From contig NIVC01001518.1 of NCBI GenBank assembly GCA_002269645.1, positions 186,001 to 250,000 on the forward strand: a DNA stretch of 64,000 nt, in the 5' to 3' direction. The notes below the pieces were generated by a model, which saw nothing but the letters and a program-made list of their open reading frames with translations, was not told the origin of the DNA and searched no databases. How positions within the stretch are numbered: the stretch's first letter is position 1; each line of letters starts with the position of its first letter. This document shows positions 35,161 to 48,739 of the stretch, piece by piece. The position numbers and the translations under genes were made by a program. The stretch comes from Macrostomum lignano. Its lineage: Eukaryota.

Positions 35161-35222
35161 TAGCCTAGAAGTGAACAGACTGGACTGCTAATGCAGCGAC
35201 CTGGGTTCGAATCTTAGTAGTG
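35161..35222 (+). ncRNA. Degenerate tRNA-like sequence (SINE-head/pseudo-tRNA, GCT anticodon loop)
   Basis: A-box-like TAGCCTAG, anticodon arm ctgga-CTGCTAA-tgcag and T arm ctggg-TTCGAAT-cttag; no good acceptor stem. Confidence 0.5.
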
Positions 35223-35272
35223 AAAATTTTTTTATTAAAAGCTTTTATTAAAAAAACAATAAAGGACTAAAG

Positions 35273-38200
35273 GCGTCATGTAAAAAATCATAGAAGCGTC
35301 ATCTAAACAATCATAGAAGCGTCATGAAACAATCATAGAAGCGTCGTGTAAAAATCATAGAAGCGTCATATAAAAATCATAGAAGCGTCATGTAAACAAT
35401 CATAGAAGCGTCATGAAACAATCATAGAAGCGTCATGTAAAAATCATAGAAGCGTCATGTAAAAATCATAGAAGCGTCATGTAAAAAATCATAGAAGCGT
35501 CATGAAACAATCATAGAAGCGTCGTGTAAAAATCATAGAAGCGTCATGTAAAAATCATAGAAGCGTCATCTAAACAATCATAGAAGCGTCATGAAACAAT
35601 CATAGAAGCGTCATGTAAACAATCATAGAAGCGTCATGTAAAATCATACAATCGTCCTGCCAAAATCGTAGAAGCGTCATGTAAACAATCATAGAAGCGT
35701 CATGTAAAAATCATAGAAGCGTCATGAAACAATCATAGAAGCGTCGTGTAAAAATCATAGAAGCGTCATGTAAAAATCATAGAAGCGTCATGTAAACAAT
35801 CATAGAAGCGTCATGTCAAAATCATAGAAGCGTCATGTAAACAATCATAGAAGCGTCATGTCAAAATCATAGAAGCGTCATGTAAACAATCATAGAAGCG
35901 TCATGTCAAAATCATAGAAGCGTCATGTAAACAATCATAGAAGCGTCATGAAACAATCATAGAAGCGTCGTGTAAAAATCATAGAAGCGTCATATAAAAA
36001 TCATAGAAGCGTCATGTAAACAATCATAAAAGCGTCATGTAAAAATCATAGAAGCGTCATGTAAACAATCATAGAAGCGTCATGTCAAAATCATAGAAGC
36101 GTCATGTAAAAAATCATAGAAGCGTCATGAAACAATCATAGAAGCGTCGTGTAAAAATCATAGAAGCGTCATGTAAAAATCATAGAAGCGTCATCTAAAC
36201 AATCATAGAAGCGTCATGAAACAATCATAGAAGCGTCATGTAAACAATCATAGAAGCGTCATGAAACAATCATAGAAGCGTCATGTAAACAATCATAGAA
36301 GCGTGATGTAAAAAATCATAGAAGCGTCATGTAAAAATCATAGAAGCGTCATGAAACAATCATAGAAGCGTCGTGTAAAAATCATAGAAGCGTCATGTAA
36401 AAATCATAGAAGCGTCATGTAAACAATCATAGAAGCGTCATGTAAAAATCATAGAAGCGTCATGTAAACAATCATAGAAGCGTCATGTCAAAATCATAGA
36501 AGCGTCATGTAAACAATCATAGAAGCGTCATGTCAAAATCATAGAAGCGTCATGTAAACAATCATAGAAGCGTCATGAAACAATCATAGAAGCGTCATGT
36601 AAACAATCATAGAAGCGTCATGAAACAATCATAGAAGCGTCATGTAAACAATCATAGAAGCGTCATGTAAAAATCATAGAAGCGTCATTTAAACAATCAT
36701 AGAAGCGTCATGTAAAAAATTGTAGAAGCGTCATGTAAAAAATCCTTGAAGCGTCATGTAAAAATCATAGAAGCGTCATGTAAAAATCATAGAAGCGTCA
36801 TGTAAACAATCCTAGAAGCGTCATGTAAACAATCATAGAAGCGCCATGTAAACAATCCTAGAAGCGTCATGTAAACAATCATAGAAGCGTCATGTAAACA
36901 ATCATAGAAACGTCATGTAAAAATCATAAAAGCGTCATGTAAAAATCATAGAAGCGTCATGTAAAATCATAGAATCGTCCTGCCAAAATCGTAGAAGCGT
37001 CATGTAAAAAATCCTTGAAGCGTCATGTAAACAATCATAGAAGCGTCATGAAACAATCATAGAAGCGTCATGTAAACAATCATAGAAGCGTCATGTCAAA
37101 ATCATAGAAGCGTCATGTAAACAATCATAGAAGCGTCATGAAACAATCATAGAAGCGTCGTGTAAAAATCATAGAAGCGTCATATAAAAATCATAGAAGC
37201 GTCATGTAAACAATCATAGAAGCGTCATGAAACAATCATAGAAGCGTCATGTAAAAATCATAGAAGCGTCATGTAAAAATCATAGAAGCGTCATGTAAAA
37301 AATATTAGAAGCGTCATGAAACAATCATAGAAGCGTCGTGTAAAAATCATAGAAGCGTCATGTAAAAATCATAGAAGTGTCATCTAAACAATCATAGAAG
37401 CGTCATGAAACAATCATAGAAGCGTCATGTAAACAATCATAGAAGCGTCATGAAACAATCATAGAAGCGTCATGTAAACAATCATAGAAGCGTGATGTAA
37501 AAAATCATAGAAGCGTCATGTAAAAATCATAGAAGCGTCATGAAACAATCATAGAAGCGTCGTGTAAAAATCATAGAAGCGTCATGTAAAAATCATAGAA
37601 GCGTCATGTAAACAATCATAGAAGCGTCATGTAAAAATCATAGAAGCGTCATGTAAACAATCATAGAAGCGTCATGTCAAAATCATAGAAGCGTCATGTA
37701 AACAATCATAGAAGCGTCATGTCAAAATCATAGAAGCGTCATGTAAACAATCATAGAAGCGTCATGAAACAATCATAGAAGCGTCATGTAAACAATCATA
37801 GAAGCGTCATGAAACAATCATAGAAGCGTCATGTAAACAATCATAGAAGCGTCATGTCAAAATCATAGAAGCGTCATTTAAACAATCATAGAAGCGTCAT
37901 GTAAAAAAATGTAGAAGCGTCATGTAAAAAATCCTTGAAGCGTCATGTAAAAATCATAGAAGCGTCATGTAAAAATCATAGAAGCGTCATGAAACAATCA
38001 TAGAAGCGTCATGTAAACAATCATAGAAGCGCCATGTAAACAATCCTAGAAGCGTCATGTAAACAATCATAGAAGCGTCATGTAAACAATCATAGAAGCG
38101 TCATGTAAAAATCATAAAAGCGTCATGTAAAAATCATAGAAGCGTCATGTAAAATCATAGAATCGTCCTGCCAAAATCGTAGAAGCGTCATGTAAAAAAT

Positions 38201-40790
38201 CCTTGAAGCGTCATGTAAAAATCATAGAAGCGTCATGAAACAATCATAGAAGCGTCATGTAAACAATCATAGAAGCGTCATGTAAACAATCCTAGAAGCG
38301 TCATGTAAACAATCCTAGAAGCGTCATGTAAACAATCATAGAAGCGTCATGTAAACAATCCTAGAAGCGTCATGTAAACAATCATAGAAGCGTCATGTAA
38401 ACAATCCTAGAAGCGCCATGTAAAAATCATAAAAGCGTCATGTAAACAATCATTCAAGCGTCATTTAAACAATCGTAGAAGCGTCATGTAAACAATCATA
38501 GAAGCGTCATGTAAAAATCATAGAAGCGTCATGAAACAATCATAGAAGCGTCATGTAAAAAATCATAGAAGCGTCATGTAAAAAATCATAGAAGCGTCAT
38601 GTAAAAATCATAGAAGCGTCATGTAAAATCGTAGAATCGTCCTGCCAAAATCGTAGAAGCGTCATGTAAAAAAATCATAGAAGCGTCATGTAAAAATCAT
38701 AGAAGCGTCATGTAAAATCACAGAATCGTCCTGCCAAAATCGTAGAAGCGTCATGTAAAAAATCATCAAAGCGTCATGTAAAAAATCATCAAAGCGTCGT
38801 GTAAAAATCATAGTAGCGTCATGTAAAAATCATAGTAGCATCATGTAAAAAATCATAGAAGCGTCATGTAAAAATCGTAGAAGCGTCATGTAAAAATCAT
38901 AGAAGCGTTATGTAAAAATGATAGAAGCGTCATATAAAAAATCATAGAAGCGTCATGTAAACAATCATAGAAGCGTCATATAAAAATCATAGAAGCGTCA
39001 TGTAAAAATCATAGAAGCGTCATGTAAAATCATAGAAGCGTCATGTAAAATCGTAGAAGCGTCATGTAAAAAATCATCAAAGCGTCATGTAAAAAATCAT
39101 AAAAGCGTCATGTAAAAATCATAGAAGCGTCATGTAAAATCGTAGAATCGTCCTGCCAAAATCGTAGAAGCGTCATGTAAAAAATCATAGAAGCGTCATG
39201 TAAAAATCATAGAAGCGTCATGTAAAATCATACAATCGTCCTGCCAAAATCGTAGAAGCGTCATGTAAACAATCATAGAAGCGTCATGTAAACAATCATA
39301 GAAGCGTCATAAAACAATCATAGAAGCGTCATGTAAAAATCATAGAAGCGTCATGTAAACAATCATAGAAGCGTTGTGTAAAAATCAGAGAAGCGTCATG
39401 TAAACAATCATAGAAGCGTCATGTAAAAATCATAGAAGCGTCATGTAAAAATCATAGAAGCGTCATGAAACAATCATAGAAGCGTCATGTAAAAATCATA
39501 GAAGCGTCATGTAAAAATCATAGAAGCGTCATGTAAACAATCATAGAAGCGTCATGAAACAATCATAGAAGCGCCATGTAAACAATCATAGAAGCGTCAT
39601 GTAAACAATCATAGAAGCGTCATGAAACAATCATAGAAGCGCCATGTAAAAATCATAAAAGCGTCATGTAAAAATCATAGAAGCGTCATGTCAAAATCAT
39701 AGAATCTTCCTGCCAAAATCGTAGAAGCGTCATGTAAAAAATCCTTGAAGCGTCATGTAAACAATCATAGAAGCGTCATGAAACAATCATAGAAGCGTCA
39801 TGTAAACAATCATAGAAGCGTCATGTAAACAATCATAGAAGCGTCATGTAAACAATCATAGAAGCGCCATGTAAAAATCATAAAAGCGTCATGTAAACAA
39901 TCATTCAAGCGTCATTTAAACAATCATAGAAGCGTCATGTAAACAAGCATAGAAGAATGTAAACAATCATAGAAGCGTCATGTAAAAATCATAGAAGCGT
40001 CATGAAACAATCTTAGAAGCGTCATGTAAAAAATCATAGAAGCGTCATGTAAAAAATCATAGAAGCGTCATGTAAAAATCATAGAAGCGTCATGTAAAAT
40101 CGTAGAATCGTCCTGCCAAAATCGTAGAAGCGTCATGTAAAAAATCATAGAAGCGTCATGTAAAAATCATAGAAGCGTCATGTAAAATCATAGAATCGTC
40201 CTGCCAAAATCGTAGAAGCGTCATGTAAAAAATCATCAAAGCGTCATGTAAAAAATCATAGAAGCGTCATGTAAAAATCATAGTAGCGTCATGTAAAAAA
40301 TCATAGAAGCGTCATGTAAAAATCGTAGAAGCGTCATGTAAAAATCATAGAAGCGTTATGTAAAAATGATAGAAGCGTCATATAAAAAATCATAGAAGCG
40401 TCATGTAAAAAATCATAGAAGCGTCATGAAAAAATCATAGAAGCGTCATGTAAACAATCATAGAAGCGTCATGTAAAAAATCATAGAAGCGTCATGTAAA
40501 AATTATAGAAGCGTCAAGAAAAAATCATAGAAGCGTCATGTAAAAAATCATAGAAGCGTCATGAAAAAATCATAGAAGCGTCATGTAAACAATCATAGAA
40601 GCGTCATGTAAAAATTATAGAAGCGTCAAGAAAAAATCATAGAAGCGTCATGTAAATAATCATAGAAGCGTCATGTAAAAATTATAGAAGCGTCAAGAAA
40701 AAATCAGAGAAGCGTCATGTAAAAAATCATAGAAGCGTCATGTTAAAATCATAGAAGCGTCATGAAAAAATCATAGAAGCCTCATTTAAA
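35273..40790. repeat. ~20-22-bp satellite (AATCATAGAAGCGTCATGTAAA), roughly 260 units
   Basis: Direct reading; degenerates towards ~41150. Confidence 0.97.
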
Positions 40791-40969
40791 AACTAATGAA
40801 AGTGTCATTTAAAAAATTAAGAAGCATCATGGTAGAATAAAAGAAGCGTCATGTCAGACATGAAGGGTGTCATGTAAAAATAAATGCAGCTATAATGCTG
40901 TGCTGGGAAGAATTACTGAGACGTCAAGGCTCTCAGAGAATAACTGAGATTACGGGGGGTTGCTGAGAT

Positions 40970-41760
40970 GTCAAAGCAAAAGTCAGAAGCTACTTCAAAG
41001 TTCATGTACTTTACTCAATTTTTTTATTACATTATTTGTTGTCTCGCCACGGGGGGCGCTGATAGAAGAGGAGTCATGTAAAAAATAAAAGTAGCACTAT
41101 GTATACATAAAAGAAAAGTCATGTCGAAGTTAAAAGATTCATTTGGGAATTGCTATGATGTCAAAGCTTGGAGGGAATCGTTACAGTGCTGTGATTCTTA
41201 AAGAAGGAATCACTAAAATGTCAAGGCTTAGGGGAGAAGAATTGCTGAGATTCAAGGCTTTAGGTTGGGTTAAAGTTAGGTTTAGGTCAGGTGTGGGTTG
41301 AGGGTTATATTTTATCGGGTTTCAAGGTTAACGGGGGATTTTTCAGATTTCAAGGTTTATGGAGGCCATCGCTGACATGTCAAGGCTTACGGGGGGAATA
41401 GCTGAGATTTCAAGGCTCACGGGGGTATAAATGAGATTTCAAAGCTAAATTCAGAAGCTACATGTAAACAATCATGTAAAGTTTATTGAAAACTTTTTAT
41501 TACATTATTTGATGCCTCGTCAGGGGAGGGATCGCTGATAAAAAAAGCGTAATGTAAAAAATAAAAGAAGCTTCATGTCGAAGTTAAGAGATTCATTTGG
41601 GAATCCCTACGATGTCGAGGCTTGCAGGAAATCGCTATAATGCTGTAGCAGTGCTATAATGACTCTTAGAGAGAATTACTGAAATGTCAATGCTTTAGGG
41701 TTAGGTTAGGGTTAGGGTTAGGGTTAGGGTTAGGGTTAGGCTAGGGTTAGGGTTAGAAGG
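40970..41760. repeat. Diverged ~475-bp tandem duplication, each unit followed by a TTAGGG-like tract
   Basis: catgtcgaagttaa.agattcatttgggaat occurs at ~41120 and ~41574. Confidence 0.65.
41695..41756 (+). repeat. Interstitial (TTAGGG)n, ~10 units
   Basis: ttagggttaggttagggttagggttaggg... Confidence 0.9.
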
Positions 41761-43578
41761 TTGACAGATTTTTTAGATTTCCAAGGCTTATTGGGGGCAT
41801 TGCTGAGATGTCAAGGGGGCGAGTTGATATGTTAAAGCTTGTGGTGGGGAATTACTGACATGTCAAGGCTTACAATGTTTGACAGGAGATTTTTTAAGAT
41901 TTCAAGGATACATGTAGCTTATTAAAAAAACGTGTAGCTATTGCATTTCTTTGGCTCCCCAACGGGGGGCGTAGATTGCTAGTCAAAAGCTAAACGTTTG
42001 TATGAGTCGTTTTAAAAATGGGGCAGTTTTAAGTGATACATTTTAACTATTATTTGTAATTTTAAATTCCATATGTTACTTTCTGATTGCCACAATGAGG
42101 TTCGTATCGTTGAGTTGGGACAAATACACGCGGTGTGAGTCTGGCGGAAAGTAGAAGTTGGTTAATTACGCAGCAGTCAAGGATAACGGAAAAAACATTT
42201 CACACTTTAATCTTTCAATTATTTTCGGCTTACTCATATTCACAATGCTACAAGTAAACCACTGATTATTATAAATAAGTTAAAATACGCTTGTAAATTA
42301 TTATTTAAATTTATTTTATTAAAGATTACAAAATGACTATAGTATGCTTGCAACGATTTCTAAATCTATTATTGAAATACTCCTATGTTATTGAGTGCAT
42401 TTACGCTCGTACTTTTGGCTCTTTTGCTGGTGCTAAAATGTCTATGTTCCTGTGCATACATTTGATACTATAGCCTACGAGCGTACATTTCCGATGTCCC
42501 AAGGGAACATTCCTTGTTTAGAGTCTGTAGTATTTGCTCGAAGAGGAAACGAAATAAAGAGGCCGGGAGAAAAGAGAAGCAAGCAAGCACAAGCAGCCAA
42601 AAAAGCGGTAAAAAATACGGAAAATGAGAACTGGAATTTTTTTTCACGTCGAGATGCTATGCTGATTGTTATTGTTCAGTAGTCCTTGGCTTCAATTCTA
42701 AATCTTGAACACAGCTCTTAGTTCTCTTTGACTCAGCCTTTATTCGATTCGGGGGTGCGGGGTTGTTTGTAGAACAAGAGGAGAAAGGATCCCTTCGCTA
42801 GACATGCGGGGTTGCGGGCCGCGGCAGAAATGGAAGTGCCATTAAAAAACACATTCTGCTTTGCTCTTTGTCCTGCTGGGCAAGTCTTTCGGAATCATTT
42901 TCTATATGGTCTGTGCTGTGGCTTCCCACCATGTCCTATACACCATGTCTATGTGGTCTATTAGTTCTACGAGTATAAATCACACGCCCGACATGGCCTA
43001 TATGTATGAACATGATGCACATTGCACACATATACACGTCTAGCCACTTGTTATGTATAAATTGAAAGATCCTCGATTTTATATAAAATGAAAATTTGAA
43101 CTGCGCGCGTTTGTTTGGCAGTACTACCTAGTATAAGTAGCACTTACGGATAGTTATAGATATGACAAATTACAAAAAATGCAGAATAAATCACAAAAAA
43201 AATTGCAATGCTAATTCAGATCAGATTATTGAATATGCCACCAATACTAAAAATCAATACGTAACAAAGCAATATAAAAGCATTCGTTCATTAACTTTTA
43301 ACCTATGACTACAGATGTAATCAATTATATTGAATATTACGATTTCGTCACCCCAACGCTCAAGGGTCTCGGGGCGGATAGCTGGGCGAACTTACTCTTA
43401 CTGAATAGAAATAGTTTTAAATGGCTGTTAAAAGTCCGAAAAGTTTTTAAAGAAGTGCATTAACTGTAAAAGAGCACTCAGGATGCCTTAGAATTATAAA
43501 AGCCATCACGGTTTTGGGGCGCACTACTTGGACTCCTGGGCGCCCGGCGCCTCCAGTCGCCTCTAAAAATTTTCCCAC

Positions 43579-44131
43579 TGGGTGAGGCTGAGTATAATAG
43601 GAACCTGGAGAGACAACTGGAAACATTTTTATTGAGAATTTAATTTTTTTCAAAGGGTAAGGACCCTGCGCTGATGATTTAAAATCTTTGGGATGCGTTG
43701 CGAATTGAATGTGTGGAGAAGAATACAGATTCTTTTCTGATTGTTTCGAAGATGCTATGGGTGGATGTCAGTGGATGATGTAGGACACTTGTTATGCTCT
43801 GATTCTGTCGTGGAGGAAGGAGGATAGGTTAGGAGGATTATGGATGACGTTTTGTGAGCGAGTGCGACACCTGTTATGCTCTGATTCAGGAATAATATGG
43901 ATGGATTTAATGGGATTATGTTCGAAGTTTTCGGAGCAAGTAGGACACCTGTTATGCTCTGATTCTGTCAGGGATAATATGGATGGATTTAATGGGATTA
44001 TGGAGGGCGTTTTGTGAGCGAGTGCGACCCCCCTTCTTTTCTGATTCTGTCGGGGATAATATAGATGGATTTAATGGAATTATGGAGGACGTGAAAAATT
44101 TTTTCCCAAAAGCCCCCTCATGCCTTCTACT
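43579..44131 (-). repeat. Right TIR, outer piece (inverted copy of 12993-13532)
   Basis: Near-identical to the left TIR; ends CTACT followed by the TSD. Confidence 0.93.
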
Positions 44132-45069
44132 CTAGTGCAAGCCAATTTCAGCCGGCTAAACTTTTCTAACTTCCACTTGTGCAATCAATTGAGCGTGGGA
44201 AGCACAATGAACTCCTGCTGAACTGGTCTTGCTGTCCTGAGCCGATCGGCTGATTGTTGCGTACTGCTGAGATCGTTGATGCTGCTGCTGCTGATGGTGC
44301 GAGCCGAGCTACGTTGGGTGTCTTAGACAAAGGCTAGCGTCCGCAACGTTGGGGCCTACTTCATAACTTTGGTCCCCTCGCTCCAGGCTCACATTGGGTC
44401 CTCTCGTTGCCGTCCAGCCTCGCCAGGTGACTCGACCAGGTGACCTAGCCTATCCCCGTTCCTAGACTTATGAGCATTTTCTTATGGCTCATAAAAACAT
44501 TCCGCATTGATTCCAGTTGGCGCAGCGAATTCTGTTTATTGTGCTCCTGAGCCAAAAGCTAGTTTCATTAATCTCAAACCAAATTAACTAGAAGTTTTTA
44601 ATTTTTAATTTAAATTTTTTGGTTAACGGCTAAGCGAGTTGAAAAACTCAATGGAATTTCCTATTCCAACAGAGCATACCACCCAGTGACTAAATAAGGA
44701 ATTTCGCTGTGTTAGGGCAGAAACGAATCTATTTTCAAAGGAAATTGATCGAAATATTTTTGTCTAACTATTTTATTTTATACAACAGGGGCAAAGCACT
44801 TTTATAGCGCGAATTTAAAGTAATGATGAGAAAGTTATGATGCCCGTTGAATGCTCAGTGGCTCACGAAAGCCGGCATGATGAATTTTGGGAATTTTCCA
44901 TGACTGAATCATTGCATGTTCTTAGACTGAATGCCCAGGGGTAGGATGACGTTCTGCGCCGGGGCACCCCAGACATTTAAACTGCATTCGAAAACTGCTT
45001 AACCTCTTCCTGCCTATCCACAATTCAAAATTTGTCTGTTTGGTAAGAATTCAGATCTTTTATATGCAG

Positions 45070-48000
45070 CTGCATCCAGACCTTCAAACTGCATCCAGAA
45101 CTTTAAACTGCATCCAGACCTTTAAACTGCATCCAGACCTTTAAACTGCATCCAGACCTTTAAACTGCATCCAGACCTTCAAACTGCATCCAGACCTTCA
45201 AACTGCATCCAGAACTTTAAACTGCATCCAGACCTTTAAACTGCATCCAGACCTTTAAACTGCATCCAGACCTTTAAACTGCATCCAGACCTTTAAACTG
45301 CATCCAGACCTTCAAACTGCATCCAGACCTTCAAACTGCATCCAGAACTTTAAACTGCATCCAGACCTTTAAACTGCATCCAGACCTTCAAACTGCATCC
45401 AGATCTTTAAACTGCATCCAGACCTTCAAACTGCATCCAGACCTTCAAACTGCATCCAGACCTTTAAACTGCATCCAGAACTTTAAACTGCATCCAGACC
45501 TTTAAACTGCATCCAGACCTTTAAACTGCACTCAGACCTTTAAACTGCATCCAGACCTTTAAACTGCATCCAGACCTTCAAACTGCATCCAGACCTTCAA
45601 ACTGCATCCAGACCTTCAAACTGCATCCAGAACTTTAAACTGCATCCAGACCTTTAAACTGCATCCAGACCTTTAAACTGCATCCAGACCTTTAAACTGC
45701 ATCCAGACCTTCAAACTGCATCCAGATCTTTAAACTGCATCCAGACCTTCAAACTGCATCCAGACCTTCAAACTGCATCCAGACCTTTAAACTGCATCCA
45801 GAACTTTAAACTGCACTCAGACCTTTAAACTGCATCCAGACCTTTAAACTGCATCCAGACCTTCAAACTGCATCCAGACCTTCAAACTGCATCCAGACCT
45901 TCAAACTGCATCCAGAACTTTAAACTGCATCCAGACCTTTAAACTGCATCCAGACCTTCAAACTGCATCCAGATCTTTAAACTGCATCCAGACCTTCAAA
46001 CTGCATCCAGACCTTCAAACTGCATCCAGACCTTTAAACTGCATCCAGACCTTTAAACTGCACTCAGACCTTTAAACTGCATCCAGACCTTTAAACTGCA
46101 TCCAGACCTTTAAACTGCATCCAGACCTTCAAACTGCATCCAGACCTTCAAACTGCATCCAGAACTTTAAACTGCATCCAGACCTTTAAACTGCATCCAG
46201 ACCTTCAAACTGCATCCAGATCTTTAAACTGCATCCAGACCTTCAAACTGCATCCAGACCTTCAAACTGCATCCAGACCTTTAAACTGCATCCAGAACTT
46301 TAAACTGCATCCAGACCTTTAAACTGCACTCAGACCTTTAAACTGCATCCAGACCTTCAAACTGCATCCAGATCTTTAAACTGCATCCAGACCTTTAAAC
46401 TGCATCCAGACCTTTAAACTGCATCCAGACCTTCAAACTGCATCCAGACCTTTAAACTGCATCCAGAACTTTAAACTGCATCCAGACCTTTAAACTGCAC
46501 TCAGACCTTTAAACTGCATCCAGACCTTCAAACTGCATCCAGATCTTTAAACTGCATCCAGACCTTTAAACTGCATCCAGACCTTTAAACTGCATCCAGA
46601 CCTTCAAACTGCATCCAGACCTTTAAACTGCATCCAGAACTTTAAACTGCATCCAGACCTTTAAACTGCATCCAGACCTTTAAACTGCATCCAGACCTTT
46701 AAACTGCATCCAGACCTTTAAACTGCATCCAGACCTTCAAACTGCATCCAGACCTTCAAACTGCATCCAGAACTTTAAACTGCATCCAGACCTTTAAACT
46801 GCACTCAGACCTTTAAACTTCATCCAGACCTTTAAACTGCATCCAGACCTTTAAACTGCATCCAGAACTTTAAACTGCATCCAGACCTTTAAACTGCATC
46901 CAGACCTTTAAACTGCATCCAGACCTTCAAACTGCATCCAGACCTTCAAACTGCATCCAGACCTTTAAACTGCATCCAGACCTTTAAACTGCATCCAGAC
47001 CTTCAAACTGCATCCAGATCTTTAAACTGCATCCAGACCTTTAAACTGCATCCAGACCTTTAAACTGCATCCAGACCTTTAAACTGCATCCAGACCTTTA
47101 AACTGCATCCAGACCTTTAAACTGCATCCAGACCTTCAAACTGCATCCAGAACTTTAAACTGCATCCAGACCTTTAAACTGCATCCAGACCTTCAAACTG
47201 CATCCAGACCTTTAAACTGCATCCAGACCTTTAAACTGCATCCAGACCTTTAAACTGCATCCAGACCTTTAAACTGCACTCAGACCTTTAAACTGCATCC
47301 AGACCTTTAAACTGCATCCAGACCTTTAAACTGCATCCAGACCTTTAAACTGCACTCAGACCTTTAAACTGCATCCAGACCTTTAAACTGCATCCAGACC
47401 TTTAAACTGCATCCAGACCTTTAAACTGCATCCAGACCTTTAAACTGCATCCAGACCTTTAAACTGCATCCAGACCTTTAAACTGCATCCAGAACTTTAA
47501 ACTGCATCCAGACCTTTAAACTGCATCCAGACCTTTAAACTGCATCCAGACCTTTAAACTGCATCCAGACCTTCAAACTGCATCCAGACCTTCAAACTGC
47601 ATCCAGAACTTTAAACTGCATCCAGACCTTTAAACTGCATCCAGACCTTCAAACAGCATCCAGATCTTTAAACTGCATCCAGACCTTTAAACTGCATCCA
47701 GACCTTTAAACTGCATCCAGACCTTCAAACTGCATCCAGACCTTCAAACTGCATCCAGACCTTTAAACTGCATCCAGACCTTTAAACTGCACTCAGACCT
47801 TTGAACTGCATCCAGACCTTTAAACTGCATCCAGACCTTCAAACTGCATCCAGACCTTCAAACTGCATCCAGACCTTCAAACTGCATCCAGAACTTTAAA
47901 CTGCATCCAGACCTTTAAACTGCATCCAGACCTTCAAACTGCATCCAGATCTTTAAACTGCATCCAGACCTTTAAACTGCATCCAGACCTTTAAACTGCA

Positions 48001-48700
48001 TCCAGACCTTCAAACTGCATCCAGACCTTTAAACTGCATCCAGAACTTTAAACTGCATCCAGACCTTTAAACTGCATCCAGACCTTTAAACTGCATCCAG
48101 ACCTTTAAACTGCATCCAGACCTTCAAACTGCATCCAGACTTTCAAACTGCATCCAGAACTTTAAACTGCATCCAGACCTTTAAACTGCATCCAGACCTT
48201 CAAACTGCATCCAGACCTTTAAACTGCATCCAGACCTTTAAACTGCATCCAGACCTTCAAACTGCATCCAGACCTTCAAACTGCATCCAGACCTTTAAAC
48301 TGCATCCAGAACTTTAAACTGCATCCAGACCTTTAAACTGCACTCAGACCTTTAAACTGCATCCAGACCTTTAAACTGCATCCAGACCTTTAAACTGCAT
48401 CCAGACCTTTAAACTGCATCCAGACCTTTAAACTGCATCCAGACCTTCAAACTGCATCCAGACCTTTAAACTGCATCCAGACCTTTAAACTGCATCCAGA
48501 CCTTTAAACTGCATCCAGACCTTTAAACTGCATCCAGACCTTTAAACTGCATCCAGACCTTTAAACTGCATCCAGACCTTTAAACTGCATCCAGACCTTC
48601 AAACTGCATCCAGACCTTTAAACTGCATCCAGACCTTTAAACTGCATCCAGACCTTTAAACTGCATCCAGACCTTTAAACTGCATCCAGACCTTCGAACT
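45070..48700. repeat. 19-bp satellite (AAACTGCATCCAGACCTTT), ~190 units
   Basis: Direct reading. Confidence 0.97.
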
Positions 48701-48739
48701 GAATTAAATCCTTCCGGGAGACAGATGGAGTCAGGAAGA

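Larger units (their letters stand above)
12993..44131. mobile_element. Polinton/Maverick (adintovirus-like) element, 31.1 kb including nested insertions
   Basis: Termini AGTAGAAGGCATG...CATGCCTTCTACT flanked by identical CTAGTG hexamers; contains pPolB, integrase, ATPase, protease and both capsid genes. Confidence 0.92.

Noticed and set aside
35273-40790. Possible CRISPR-like array
   Set aside because: Head-to-tail monomers without unique spacers; eukaryotic context; no cas genes.
29498-43580. CAGTG (~29495) and CACTG (~43576) as transposon ends of the 14-kb block
   Set aside because: Only 5 bp match, there is no TSD, and the left CAG is part of the fold-back scar.
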